Assembly: GCA_951406725.2 (NCBI GenBank)
Contig: OX597834.1
Location: 34,844,001 to 34,908,000, forward strand
Length of the DNA: 64,000 nt
Direction of reading: 5' to 3'
DNA from: Octopus vulgaris
Taxonomy: Eukaryota
Positions within the stretch are counted from its first letter, which is position 1, and each line of letters opens with the position of its first letter. The notes under the pieces were generated by a model. It was not told where the DNA came from. It ran no database searches and saw only the letters and a program-made list of their open reading frames with translations. This document shows, piece by piece, positions 50,584 to 64,000 of the stretch. Both the position numbers and the translations under genes were made by a program.

Positions 50584-52186
50584 ATCTCATCATCATTTCA
50601 ATGTCTACTTTCTCAGCTTGCATGGGTTGGATGGAGTGTAGTGAGGAAGATTTTCCACAGGTGGTTGCCTTTCCTGTGACTGACCCTCACCCGTTTTCAA
50701 GCAAGGCAATATTTTCCCATGGCTGGATATGTTCTCACAGAATATCAGAAATGAATGACACACTAACAATCATTTTACAGCTATAACATGATGGCAAGAC
50801 AAGGAGACACAAATATACACACACTCACATACATGCACACACATGTATGTATACATGTGTGTGTGTGTTAAGTGTCATTTACACTTTGCTACTTACTAAA
50901 TGTTAAGCCTAACAGCTTATTAATTTGATCAACAAACACTTCCCTACTAGCCAGCAATATAGGAAACTTCAATAGAAATAACCTTAAGGTAAGTTTTAGA
51001 TGCATCACTAACAAGAAGGATATTACATTCCATAAACCTATCATAGCTGCTATGACTAGGTGATCACATAAAAGCACCAAGTTTGTGTGGTAGTTCTTTA
51101 TGTTCTGTGACTTAGTAATTCAACAAATAGATAAATATAATAAGTACCAAATTGGTTTTAATTTGATAAATTAAATGCCTTAAAGGTGGTACACCAGTAT
51201 GGGAACAGGTCATTGACCAAAGCTAGTAAATGGATAAGATATACCACATATGTGTGTATATATACACACATGCATACTTCATCTAGTAGTGTATTTGTGT
51301 GTGTGTAAACATAAATATATATATAAATACACACACGCACACATTTAGATGCAGTCAGGTTGGTGTGAATGTATAATGGTGTTTGTACAGTCACAGTTGA
51401 ATGACTTTTATTACGTAAATTGGTTGGTTGACAGAAGATTCTTGAGAATAGAAGTAAATCTTCATGAAATAAAATGCATACAGGAGGGGTGGGAGAAGGG
51501 GGCAGGGGTAGATGGAGGGAGATAAGGAAGAGAAGCGGGAAGAGGAAGATCAGGAAGAAAAGGTTCAGAAAGAAGTGAATGTCACAGTAGTTTGACAACT
51601 ATGTCTATAGATACTGAGGACAACCACAACAATAACAAACTGTGGTGAATAACTAGACATAGGGTAAAGGTGAGATAGGTCAAGGAGGTGAGAAGGAGGA
51701 GAGGGAGAGAAGTTAAGAGGATGAGAGAGATAAACTAAGAGGGAAGGCATGAGAGGAAGAGAGAGACAGAGAGAGAGAGAGAGAAAAGGAAGGGAGAATG
51801 ATCGGGGAAGGGGAATAGCAGAGAGAAAGAGAGGTAAAGAGAGATAGAATAGATGGAGTACTGCGTGTGGCAGCGAGAAAAATAGAGATAGATAGGGAGA
51901 CAGACAGACAGACAGATAGACAGAGAAAAAGTTCCATCTTTATCTCCATTTTTCAGCCCCATCCCAATTAGTCCTACCCACACTGGTATAATATAGATTA
52001 TATAAAGTGGAAGCATGTGGTGTAGTGGTTAGGGGTGTTGCCCTCATGATTGTAAGACTGTGGTTTCAGTTCCTGGACTAGGTGATGCATTGTGTTCCTG
52101 AGCCCAAAAAAAAAAAAAAAATCACTTCATTTCATGTTGCTTCAGTCCATTCACCTGATAAAAATTAGTAATCCTGCGACAAGAAG

Positions 52187-52222
<36 letters not shown>

Positions 52223-52674
52223 ACCAAGAGACAAGCCTTCTGCTCCTTACAGAATAATATGAAGTAACCATGTATATCTCCACTACAGCAGCGATGCTGT
52301 TCGACACTCTTCTTTCATACATTAACCCATCATCACTTAGCATAAAGCTGCCTCCCTCCTTCTTATAGTCCCACTTAATTGAAAGGGATTTTAATCTTGC
52401 AAACTATAAGGTGACCTCACTAATGCTTGTGCCACAAAAACAAAAGAAGAAAAAAAGCACCCACTATACTCTATAAAGTGGTTGGTATTAGGAAGTGCGT
52501 CCACCCATAGAAACCATGCCAAAGCAGACACTGGGGTGTGAGACAGCCATTTGACCAAGCTGGATCTTGCCAAGCTGTTTAAATCATACCAGCACGAAAA
52601 AAAGATATTAAAAGGATGATAATGATGAAGACTGAAACCAATGTCATCGCTATGATGGTGTTACTATTGAATAA

Positions 52675-52903
52675 GGCGGCGAGCTGGCAGAAACGTTAGC
52701 ACGCTGGGCGAAATGCTGAGCGGTATTTTGTCTGCCATTACGTTCTGAGTTCAAATTCCGCCGAGGTCGACTTTGCCTTTCATCCTTTCAGGGTCGATTA
52801 AATAAGTACCAGTTATGCACTGGGGTCGATATAATCGACTTAGTCCATTTGTCTGTCTTTGTTTGTCCCCTGTGCTTAGCCCCTTGTGGGTAATAAAGAA
52901 ATA
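52675..52903 (+). mobile_element. tRNA-derived SINE, family A, full length
   Basis: Head GGCGGCGAGCTGGCAGAAACGTTAG, B-box GAGTTCAAATTCC, central GCCTTTCATCCTTTCxGGGTCGAT; ~15-bp TSD ggtgttactattgaa/ggtattactattgaa. Confidence 0.88.
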
Positions 52904-53280
52904 GGTATTACTATTGAAGAGGACAAACCCAACAATATTCTTAATCCTTTCTTTTACTTGTTTTAGTCATCAGAATCTGGCCATGCTAGAGCACCACCTC
53001 GAAGGGCTTTAGCAAGCAAATCAACCCCCAGTATTTATTCTATCAGTCTCTTTTGCTGAACTGCTAGGTTATGAGGATGCAAACAAGCCAACATCAGTTG
53101 TCAAGCAGGTAGTGGCAGACAAACACAAACACACACAAAGGATGGGCTTCCACACAGTTTCCATCAACCAAATTCATTCAAAAGGCTTTGGTTGGCCTGG
53201 GGATATAGTAGCCGATACTAGCCCAAGGTGCTGCACAGTGGGACTAAACCTGAAAGCATATGGTTGCTAACCACCGAGAC

Positions 53281-53534
53281 CAGGGTTACCAAAGTGTGCA
53301 GTGGAAAGTTCCAAAGGGCCATTGAAGAAAAGTGGGACGATAATGGGGTTGCGATTCATGTAAAAGCAACAAAATAACGGGTTTATTAGGCTAAGTTTTA
53401 TTTGTGAAATACAGTTGCTTTGAACTTACTTCAGAAAGAGGTCTATGCTTGTGATGGTTAGCTGGGGTGGGGGCACTAGGAATGTGGCCTGGGTGTCAAG
53501 GGGGTGGAAACCCAAAAACGTTTGGGAATCACTG
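53281..53534. mobile_element. hAT-type MITE
   Basis: Ends CAGGGTTACCAAA ... TTTGGGAATCACTG; 8-bp TSD accgagac/acctagac (7/8). Confidence 0.7.
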
Positions 53535-54302
53535 ACCTAGACAATATCATGTACTTTAAAAGTTGTATTTACATTGCAGCAAAAAAATCAATATGAAGGA
53601 GGGAGATTAATTCATTAAAGGTGACCAAGATCAACAGCTGTAATGAGTACAGAGCTAATTAATCAAATTGTGATTCATTGAAAGGATATGGACATATATG
53701 AGCGAGCAACAGATGTCGTGGGATAGGGAGATAGTAATGTAAGGGTTTATTCACTTGACTGGTTATCATGGAAAATTGAATTGGTCAAGCTGGCTAAGAG
53801 CAATTGGATTGATCTGATTGATTGAGGTGAGTTATAGATTAGGTACATCTACAGCAGATGACATTTAAGTTCATGGATGGATGGATGGATGGACACACAG
53901 ACAGGCAAACTGACCGACAGATGTTTACAGATAAAATGACAGACAGACAGATGGACATATCTAAATATGAGATGTTATATAACATCACCATCACTGTATT
54001 CATCACCAATATCACTTGGTTACCATCACCACTGTTGTCACCCCCCCACCACTACACCATCACCACTGCCACAATCACCACCAGCACCACCATCACGATT
54101 TTGCAAAAAAATAAAGTTATACATCTGTTTCACCATGAAATTGGTGAAAGATTTATTTCCTCTCATGTTACACACACACACACACACACTTCATGCACTA
54201 TACACAGGAATGCACATAGACTCATTATATATATGCATGTTATGCACACATGCACATACACACACAGATAAACTATTTCAGCTCACATGCGCAACACAAC
54301 AG

Positions 54303-54333
<31 letters not shown>

Positions 54334-54752
54334 AATGTACACCAGCTCAAGAAACACACACAAGCACACACTGATGTGCTTCAACAGATTCATGTCTGGT
54401 TTACGCAAGCATGGGAAAGTAGATGGTAAAACCATGTTGATATATATACACACATATACACACAAGTGTGTATATGCATGTGTACCATCATCGTTTAACG
54501 TCCACCTTCCATGCTGGCATGGGTAGAACGGTTTGACAGGAACTGGCCAGGCAGAAGCCAGCACCAGACTTCTGAGACTATTTTGGCAGGATTTTTACAC
54601 TTGGATGCCCTTCCTAACACCAGCTACCCACCAGAGTGAACTGAGTGCTTTTTACATGGCACAAGCATAGGTGAGGTCAATTTTGGCAAGGTTTTTTTAC
54701 AGCTGGATGCCCTTCCAAATGCCAACCACTTTACAGTGTGCACTGGATGCTT

Positions 54753-54787
<35 letters not shown>

Positions 54788-54992
54788 GGGTAAACGTTAG
54801 AGATGGTTAAATCCAAAGGTGCATTCTGATGATTCTACCACTACAACTGGAGAATAGAAACGATTGTAAATGTACTATTACTACCATTTTTCTTTATTAA
54901 ATAATTAAATTAATGCCTTACTAGCGCAAATGACCAGCTTCTTCCTGTTATTTTTCCTCCATTTTCTTGTTGCATATACATATGTATGCATA

Positions 54993-55047
<55 letters not shown>

Positions 55048-55322
55048 CTATAATATTGTATTTTTTGTTTGAAACATTTCTAATAGGAATAGTAGACAAC
55101 TTACATGTTTTCTACAACATGTACAATTTTTTAACTCCTATTAGCAAATGAAACATGTGTAATGATGAATAAACAATATCAACAAATTTTCCACTTTCTA
55201 GTATTTTCAACTCTTATGCATACCTCACACAAATATAACACCTACATAAAGATTGGAATATTGAAATAAGCAGATGTACCTCAAAGGGAAACAGGTTGGA
55301 TTATATATCTATATATATCTAT

Positions 55323-55590
55323 ATATATATAAATTAGAGAAAACCCACTATTATGTAATTCAAACAATGATAGACATAAATCATAGCATATAGAAAAAAT
55401 GAAATATATGATAAAACATTTACCTAGGTCACAATAAAGTACATAGTCTATTAATTATACACTGTTTATTATTATGTACTTTATTGTGACCTAGGTACAT
55501 GTTTTATATATTTTATTTTTTCTATATGCTATGATTTACGTCTATCATTGTTTGAATTACATAATAGTGGGTTTTCTCTAATTTATATAT
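55323..55590. repeat. ~270-bp inverted repeat (arms ~120 bp, spacer ~23 nt)
   Basis: aattagagaaaacccactattatg...cctaggtcacaataaagtacata pairs with tatgtactttattgtgacctagg...cataatagtgggttttctctaatt. Confidence 0.92.
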
Positions 55591-55681
55591 ATTATATATA
55601 TATATATATATATATTTATATTGTGAAATTTGATTTAATACTAAATTGAATTTTTCCTTGTAAATTTGGAGTTATACTCCC

Positions 55682-55722
<41 letters not shown>

Positions 55723-56074
55723 GTATGATACATTAATAGCTACACACACACTTTTATACTTTTATTTGTTTCAGTCAATTGACTGCACCATGCTGGAGCA
55801 CCATATATATATATATATATACACACACACATATGGATATGTTTTAAATGATCCTTCCACAAACACATATGTATGTATGTATGCATATATGTAAGTGTGT
55901 ATGTATATTTAGATGCAGGCATGAGGTATGTTTGAGAAGTTCACTGCCCAACAGCATGGTTGCAGGTTCAGTTCCATTGTGTGCACTCTGGAAAAATGTT
56001 TTCTACTCTAGCATTGTGAGTGGATTTGGTAGATGGAAATTGAATGAATCCTATTACGAGTAGGTGTAGATATA

Positions 56075-56124
<50 letters not shown>

Positions 56125-56516
56125 GGTATGTAGAAAAATACAACATGGACAAGAACGTATAACTCTTAGAAGACGACACAATAAACACGGACAGGACATT
56201 CGAAACCCTCAGTCTTCAGTCAAGAACCGGATCATCGTAGTAATTTCGGCTGATTAATCTTGAGATTACTAGATCACGGCCAGCCCTCCAAGAAAAACCA
56301 AGCAACGAGCATTAGAAAAACTAAGCTGGAAGCGTAGATTTCCTGGAAGAAGGATCGAATGCATACGAACACCAGATATATATACATACATACATGTTTA
56401 TATATATATATGTACATACATAAATGTTTATATACATGTGAATGTACATAAATACATGTCTATATATATTTATATATATATAAACATGAACATATAAATA
56501 TACACATAAACATGCA

Positions 56517-56560
<44 letters not shown>

Positions 56561-56684
56561 AATCAGCATCATCATTAAACAATATATATTACTTTTATAC
56601 ACACATGTATACATATACACACACACACCTATACACAAAAACCCCAGAAAGAAAAACAAAAACAAGCTGTTACAGTATACATGG

Positions 56685-57390
56685 ACTAACCTGTCTCACA
56701 AATGTCTATGCACGCACGAAACCTGGCAGTTTTAGCTGGTTATCCAATTCCTTCAGCAACATTGGGAAACTATTCGATACTTGCTCACCAACATACAGGA
56801 GGAAACTGTGGTATAGGCTGCAGTTGTAGGTGGTAATGTGGACGTGACAAGATTAACTTCCCTATTTATCATCGTAGTCTCTTAGGAGTCGAAATACCAA
56901 AAACACTGTTGAGGTGCAATGCAAACCAGCTTCAGGGGTAGAGGAATTTATCTTGCATGCTGAGTGAGGGCAACAACAATAACAACAACAACAGTAGCAC
57001 AGAGAACTTGAAACCCCGACCAGAAACGCAGGATAGGTGAGTGCTGAGCTGTGTCGCCCGCCTTCATCGCGTACTGGCAACAAACAACATAGGGGTTATA
57101 ACTAACAAACTAACTTTTTTTGACAATATATAAAGCACTTAGGTGTTAAATTTCTTCGGCATTTCATAGGTCGATTGCCATTACTTAATACCCTTCTCCT
57201 CTCATGTACTTACTGTCGAAGAAGTGGTGGTGGTGGTGGTGGTGGTAGAATGGTGGTGGTGGTGGTGGTGATAGTAGTAGTAGTATTAGTTGTAGTAGTA
57301 GTAGTAACTTTTGACAGAAGAACACAATGACAAGTCAGCTATCCTGAATGGAGAGAGAAAGAGGAAGAGAGAGAAAAAGGCAGCAGTGTA

Positions 57391-57422
<32 letters not shown>

Positions 57423-57830
57423 AGGAAAGAAAGAAAGAAAGGAAAAGGCGTGAAAGAGAATGACAAAAAAAAAGTTTCCACCTACTTCACCACCACCATC
57501 ACCACCACCTCTACTATCAACTAAACCAACCAGCCGATTGTCCAACCAATCAGTGACCAAACAAATAATTTTTCTTTTAATAAAATAAAATAAAATAAAA
57601 TAAAGTGAAAAAAATCCTCCTCCTTCCCCACTACCACCTTATCACCTTTATTTTAATATGATGCAACTGTGCGTAATAGGAGGAGGACAGAACTTCCTGT
57701 CGGGTTTCATCTAGAACACCACCACCACCACCCACACCACCATAGTTAGGTCTCCTCTCTGAAGCCCACCCCCACCCCTGCCACTCCCTTAATGCCATCA
57801 CTGTTATCCAATGAACTGAACTTGGTGTGA
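56685..57830 (-). promoter_or_regulatory. Possible distal 5' exon/promoter region
   Basis: Donor CAG|GTTAGT at 56691/56690, CpG-richer unique sequence at 56860-57080, ETS-like ACTTCCTG (~57692), CCACCC boxes (~57765-57780) and CCAAT (~57808). Speculative. Confidence 0.2.
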
Positions 57831-58277
57831 TTTCATGTGGACTGCCGAAAACACACACACCAACAGCATACATATACATATATATATATATATATGTATA
57901 TACACACACACATACACAAACCAAAAGCATACATACATATACACATATACACACACACATGCACACACACAAACCCAAAGCATACATACATATACACATA
58001 TACACGCTAACCAACAGTATACATACACATACATATACACACATGCAAACCAATAACATACATATACATACATAATATACACACATACACACACAAATCA
58101 AATCAGGCAACACATATACACACATAAATACATCCACAAACAAAAACCAGCAATACACTCATACACACAAAGCAACAACACACACACAATGTCTTCTTTC
58201 TCACACAGGATCAAAGTATGGTTATTTTTTGAGCGAGATTAACTGACATTGATCTCTTGATATTTCTAGAACTGTAA

Positions 58278-58672
58278 AGCGGCGAGCTAGCAGAATCGTT
58301 AGCACGTCGGGCGAAATGCTTAGCGGTATTTCGGCTGCCGTTACGTTGTGAGTTCAAATTCCGCCGAGGTCGACTTTGCCTTTCATCCTTTCGGGGTCGA
58401 TTAAGTAAGTACCAGTTACGCACTGGGGTCAATATAATCGACTTAATCCATTTGTCTGTCCTTGTTTGTCCTGTCTGTGTTTAGCCCCTTGTGGGTAGTA
58501 AAGAAATAGGTATTTGTCTGTGTTTATGAACCGAGTTCAAATTCCGCTGTGGTCAACTTTGCCTTTCTTCCTTTCACAGTCGATAAATTAAGTACCAGTT
58601 GCATACTGGGGATTGATCTAATCAACTGTCTCCCTCCCCAAAAATTTCAGGCCTTATGCCTAGAATAAAAAA
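58278..58672 (+). mobile_element. SINE family A with tandem partial second unit
   Basis: Full unit 58278-58510 plus a second unit from the B-box on; flanked by gatatttctagaactg/gatatttctcaaactg. Confidence 0.85.
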
Positions 58673-59599
58673 GATATTTCTCAAACTGAACTGTTAACAA
58701 GAAGACAATTGCTGTGTGACAAACTACTTCTCAGATGAAGTGCAAGACCTAAAACTTCAAATCTTCCACTCTTTGGAGCAAGTGAAGTTACCAAACTCGG
58801 TTGTGATCCAAGCTGGTTCTTGTAGATTAAGGCCATCACTAATTTCTACTGATTTCCACAAAAAATTTTACCATTCCTTAGCAGGAAGTTAGATGAATGA
58901 CCGGCACAAAGTTGCTGATTCAAATTTCACCAAAGTGACAAAAATAAACAATTTTTTTATCTTTTATTCGTTTCAGTTATTGGACTGCAGCCATGCTGGA
59001 GCACTGCTTTTGAAGGGCTTAGTCATATAAATTGACCCCAGATTCCTCTACTTATTTTTTATATTTTACACACACACACACACACACATATGTACATACA
59101 CAAATATATAAATACACATACATACAATAGGCTTCCACACAGTTTTCATCTACCAAATCCCTGCACAAGGCTTTGGTTCGTCCAGGGCTATAGTAAACGA
59201 CACTTGCACAAGATGCCACACAATGGGACTGAACCTGAAACCATGTGGTTGCAAAGCTAGCTTCTTAATCACACAGCCAAGCCAAGCCTACACCTATATT
59301 TTAAATATAAAAGAGGAAAAACTTTTCTTTTTTTTTTTTTAACAGGAATATTCTTCAATGGACAATAAAAATTGTTATAAGCTTAGAATTTATTTTATCA
59401 AAAATTACAGCTGAACAACTTTCCGGAAACAGTTGACATAATATTGTATTGACATTTTTAAACGAAGGATGTGAATCGAGAGTTTGGATAAGGTGATGGA
59501 ATCAGTTTATAGGTCATCCGTTTAAATTTTAATCATAGATTTTTTAGAGGAAGTTCTTTAAAATTCAGTTTATTTGGTAGTGTGTCAAATAGCTAGAAA

Positions 59600-60610
59600 T
59601 CATATTTCTTACCACTGTACTATTCATATCATAAATAAGTCATCCCATAAATATTATATCATAAATGTTATATATAAACCATGGTATACATCTTTATATG
59701 TTATGTTATATCTTACAAGTCTTATGCAAGTCATATTATAGTAGTCATGGTTATGTCATATCATAAGAAGCATCCCATTCATTTCATATTCAAGTCATAC
59801 CAGACAATTATGTCATATTAAGTCATATCTTACAAGTCTTATAAAAGTCATATCATACAGGTCATAACTATCTCATAGAAAAATCATACCATATAGTTCA
59901 TATTAAAGTTATATCATAAAGTTATGTATGTCATATTAGGTATACCTTACAAGTCTTCTGCTAGTTACATCATATTGGTCATAATTATATATCATATCCT
60001 AAAAACCATACATTATAATTAATGTATATTTGAGTCATACCATGAAAGCTGTATCATACAAATTATAGATTTTTATGATATGTCACATTATACAAATCAT
60101 ACTACATAATATTAGGTCATATTTTACAAGTCTTATGTAAGTCATAATTATGTTGTATCCTAAAAACTCATACCATACAATTTATATTAAAGTCATACCT
60201 TCAGAATTGTATCATACAAATTATGTCATACCACATATGATTTTTATGACATCATATCATTCAAATGATAAACAATTCCTAAGTCCTATCATACAGTTAT
60301 ACAGGTTATATACAGTCCAACTATCAAATTAAGCCATATCCAACAACTTTTATGCATTATATCATACAGGTTATAATTATGGCATATCATAAAAAAACCA
60401 TACCATATAGTTGTTTCATATTTAAGTCATTGTATGAGAGTTGCATCATACAGGTAATATGCTGCACCATGCATAAATCTTATTTGTCATATACAATTCA
60501 TATTTAAGTCACATAAAAATTATACAACGAAAATCATATCAGTATGTTATGTATGTCAAATTAAGTCATAGCTTACCAGTCATATAATACAGGTCATAAA
60601 TTATGTCAGG
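59600..60610. repeat. Degenerate satellite of short gtcatatcat-like monomers with ~117-bp higher-order period
   Basis: ttacaagtctt recurs at ~59713, 59830, 59947 and 60124. Confidence 0.7.
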
Positions 60611-61091
60611 TCATCATCATCGTCCTTGTTTAACATCTGCCTTCCATGCTGGCAGGGGTTGGATGGTTTGACAGGAGCCGGCCAGGCAGGAACCTGCAAC
60701 AGACTTTTGTGTCTGTTTTGGCAGGGTTTTTATGGCTGGATGCCCTTCTTCACACCAACCACCCAGCAAAGTGGACGTAGTGCTTTTTATGTGGCACAAG
60801 CACAGGTGAGGTCAGTTTTCGCAAGGTTTTTACAGCTGGATGCCTTTATAGCCATACAATGTGTATTAAGGTCATACTGTGAAAAAAATCACCGTAAATT
60901 TATACATCTCAAATTTAGTTATATTTTACAAGTCTTATGTACACTGGCACTCCATTGGTTACGACGACGAGGGTTCCAGTTGATCCAATCAACGGAACAA
61001 TCTGCTCATGAAATTAACATGCAAGTAGCTGAGCACTCCACAGACATATGTACTCTTAATGTAGTCCTCACGGAGATTCAGTGTGACACTT

Positions 61092-61247
61092 GTGCTGGTG
61101 CCATGTAAAAAGCACCTGTGCTGGAGCCATGTGAGAAGCATCTGTGCTGGAGCCATGCAAAATGCACCCATGCTGGTTCCACATAAACGGTGCCCATACT
61201 GGTGCCATGCAAAAAGAATTAGTGTCGGTGCCACATAGAAAGCATTT
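61092..61247 (+). repeat. 26-bp tandem repeat x6 within retroposon family C
   Basis: Unit gtgctggtgccatgtaaaaagcacct with variants; related array at ~48450-48600. Confidence 0.75.
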
Positions 61248-62110
61248 GATCCACTCTGTAAAATGGTTGGCATTAGGAAGGGTATCCGGCTGCTGAAACC
61301 ATGCCAAAACAGATGACTGGAGCCTGGTGCAGCTCTCTGGCTGACCACCTCGTGCCAAACCATTCCACTCATGCTAGCATAGAAAACCAATGTTAAATGA
61401 TGATGATGATGACACACACACACACACACACACACACACAAGATCAGCTTCTCTCTACCAACTTTCCTCACAAGGTTTTTTTGTGGGGGACTCTATAGCT
61501 ATAAACATCAAACTTCAATAGCAAAGCTGGTTCTGCTCACTTTTTGTTTCAGTACCTATCCATGCTGCAAAAGCTTAGAGTCAGTCATGGAAGACACCAA
61601 GAAGATTTTAGAACAATCAGTTCAACTTATCTCCCTTTGTCTTCTTTCATCACCACCACCACCACCACCACCACCACCTTCACCACCACCACCACCACCT
61701 TCACCATCACCACCATTGCAATGAATAAATATATAAATAAATAAATGGATTGTTTCTAATCAGTTGGTGAAAATCTATTTATGTAAGCGAGAATGCTTTT
61801 TATAGTTTGTCCTAAAGGACGTCAACCAGGGGAAGGCATTATTTCGAGCAGGAAGGAAGAGTACCAAGGGGTCAGTCGGCATGTATGAGGTGGTGGTGGT
61901 GGTGGTGGTGGTGGGGATTATGAAATTATTACAGAAAAAAGTATGTGAAGAAAAATAAAGTAAAAATAGAAAGAAATTAGAAATAAAAAACAAAATTAAA
62001 TAACAAAAATAAATTGAAAAAAAATATCTTTCACTGCACTCACGGAAAAGGAATTAATAAAACAAATGGATTTGATTTAAAGGATTTTAAACAACAGGGG
62101 AAATTAACGA

Positions 62111-62112
<2 letters not shown>

Positions 62113-62203
<91 letters not shown>

Positions 62204-62225
62204 GAGAGAGAAAGAGAGAGAGAAA
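62113..62225. repeat. (GA)n microsatellite
   Basis: Nearly pure GA run over 100 nt. Confidence 0.97.
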
Positions 62226-62896
62226 AAGGGAGAGGGGGGAAAGAAAGTGAGAGAGAGAGAAAGAGGGAGTGCGAGTGAGAGTGAGTGAATGAGAGAGAAG
62301 ACACAGAAGACCAGCACCTTGATTGCCACCACCACCATGACCACCACTACTGCTACTATGATCAACACCACCACTGCTGTCCCCGAAGTCACCCTCACCA
62401 CCACCACTACCTTAACTTCCTCCAAATCACAGGAAGACAGCTGTTTTTAGGTTTATAATGAAGGAGGTCTTTTGCATAATATAATTAACATAATTAACAG
62501 TTGGACATGGGTATAGAACAACAACAACAACAACAAGTGACTTTTAAGATACCTGACCATCTTTACCTGGCCCACCACCACCAACATATATCTATGTTTT
62601 AAAATGGAAAGAGGGGAGAGAGATAAAATTAGGGTATGAGTCAGTGGAACGAAAAGGGTGATGGGGGTAGGGTGGGGGGTGTTGATTAGTTTTCCCTAAT
62701 TTAATATGCCTAACTATTACTACTGCTGCTGCTACCACTGCTAGCCACCATCATTATAACAAATGAGCATCATCATCATCAAAACCACCATCATCAGCAT
62801 CACCACTGCCACTGCTATGACCAATTAACACCATTGCCATCACCATCAACCATCATCACCACCATCACCAACATCACCACCACCACCTTTATTATT

Positions 62897-63212
62897 AATG
62901 GCCAGTATGAACGGACCAATTCTGAGGATACACCTGTGAGAATTAATAGGAAATATAAAAGGAGAAAGGGGCTCTCTACCCCCCCTTTTGACCAGGCTCC
63001 CGTGGCTTTTATGGGTTTTTCCATGAGTAACCTTTCGAAGCGCCTCCCCCTATTGGGAGTTTTAATTGTTACTTATATTTCATTGTTATCCTGCTTTTGT
63101 ATACGGACCTTTTTCAAACAGACAAAACCCTTTGTAACTTTCATCCTGTGTTTTGTCCCTTTATGTTTTAATTGATTTTTGTTAACCCTTGTGGCCAATA
63201 AACGAACAAATT
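62897..63212 (+). mobile_element. 5'-truncated non-LTR retrotransposon 3' end in an (ATT)n tract
   Basis: Unique ~310-nt block with a T-rich 3' UTR-like part and AATAAA (~63196), followed directly by (ATT)n; ttattatta at the 5' side. Confidence 0.45.
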
Positions 63213-64000
63213 ATTATTATTATTATTATTATTATTAATATTAACAGAAATATGAATTTTGCAGCAGCTAGATGGAGGAAGAGCCATTCTAGCCATTTAA
63301 TAACTCAGAAAAGCAGATTTATTTGAAATTCTAAGTTGATTTCATAAGGTGTTAAAATATTTGTGCCACTCACCTGTGACCTGCTCACTGACATGGTTTT
63401 TAACTGTAACTTACGAGACAAGTACAACTCCCAAATATGACCCCTCCCCACTCCACAACCACTCCTTTTTTTCTTTCTTGGTTTATTTGGATTATGCAAT
63501 ACCCCCAACCGTACCCCTTGCAATATATCATCATTGAATGGATGAAAGGCAAACTCAACATTTGAGGAATCTGAACTCAAAATGTGAAGATGGAAGAAAT
63601 GTTGCTAAGCATTTTTGCCTGGTGCACAAACAATTCTGCCAGCTCGCTGCCTTAACAACACAACTGATATTGCCATATTTAACCATTTTGTTATTGAATT
63701 TTTGCTGAAGTATGCTGTCTCTGTTTAAATCAATTTTGAAAATCATCAAGAATTCATTAAAACAACTTTGTCATTAATTAACTGATATTTAGAACACAAA
63801 TTAATCCTTTCGCATTCAGATTATTCCGTCACATGTAATTCTTATTTATTCCACATTGTTTTGAATTAATCCTGCATTATTCCGTAGCTTCAAGGTTTTG
63901 ATGATGTGATTGATTATTTTAATTTATTGCAGATTGCAGGGTAAGTATGAGAGGGTGGATGTGGTCAGTTTCGGCATAAAACAAGTGGAATATTTGGGCT

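Noticed and set aside
52675-52760. tRNA genes at A-box/B-box-containing sequences
   Set aside because: These are SINE heads continuing into multi-copy SINE bodies with TSDs; no full cloverleaf.

Overview
AT-rich, microsatellite-saturated eukaryotic DNA. The repeat landscape of tRNA-headed SINEs, (GAT)n-tailed retroposons and dense (TA)n/(CA)n tracts suggests an octopus or other coleoid cephalopod (inference from recognition, not a database result). The only convincing protein-coding sequence is a single-exon 470-aa inward-rectifier K+ channel (Kir/KCNJ family) at 24858-26270 on the minus strand. Most of the rest appears to be its long UTR introns and 3' UTR, filled with SINEs, decayed Tc1/mariner, hAT, piggyBac-type and Helitron non-autonomous elements, LINE remnants and Penelope-like fragments. 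Nearly all other ORFs in the track are artefacts of simple repeats. The most interesting signals are at the RNA level: (i) a strong candidate recursive-splicing site (polyY-TAG|GTAAGT) with a 120-nt RS-exon at about 44.8-44.97 kb; (ii) minimal type-I hammerhead ribozyme cores, one duplicated in a ~200-bp palindrome; (iii) a 5' splice site 8 nt after a leaky-context UGA-C stop, where readthrough would replace the PDZ tail; (iv) a 7-ATG uORF; (v) a ~550-bp inverted duplication and other long hairpins that could be ADAR substrates. All were found by eye, and repeat boundaries are approximate.
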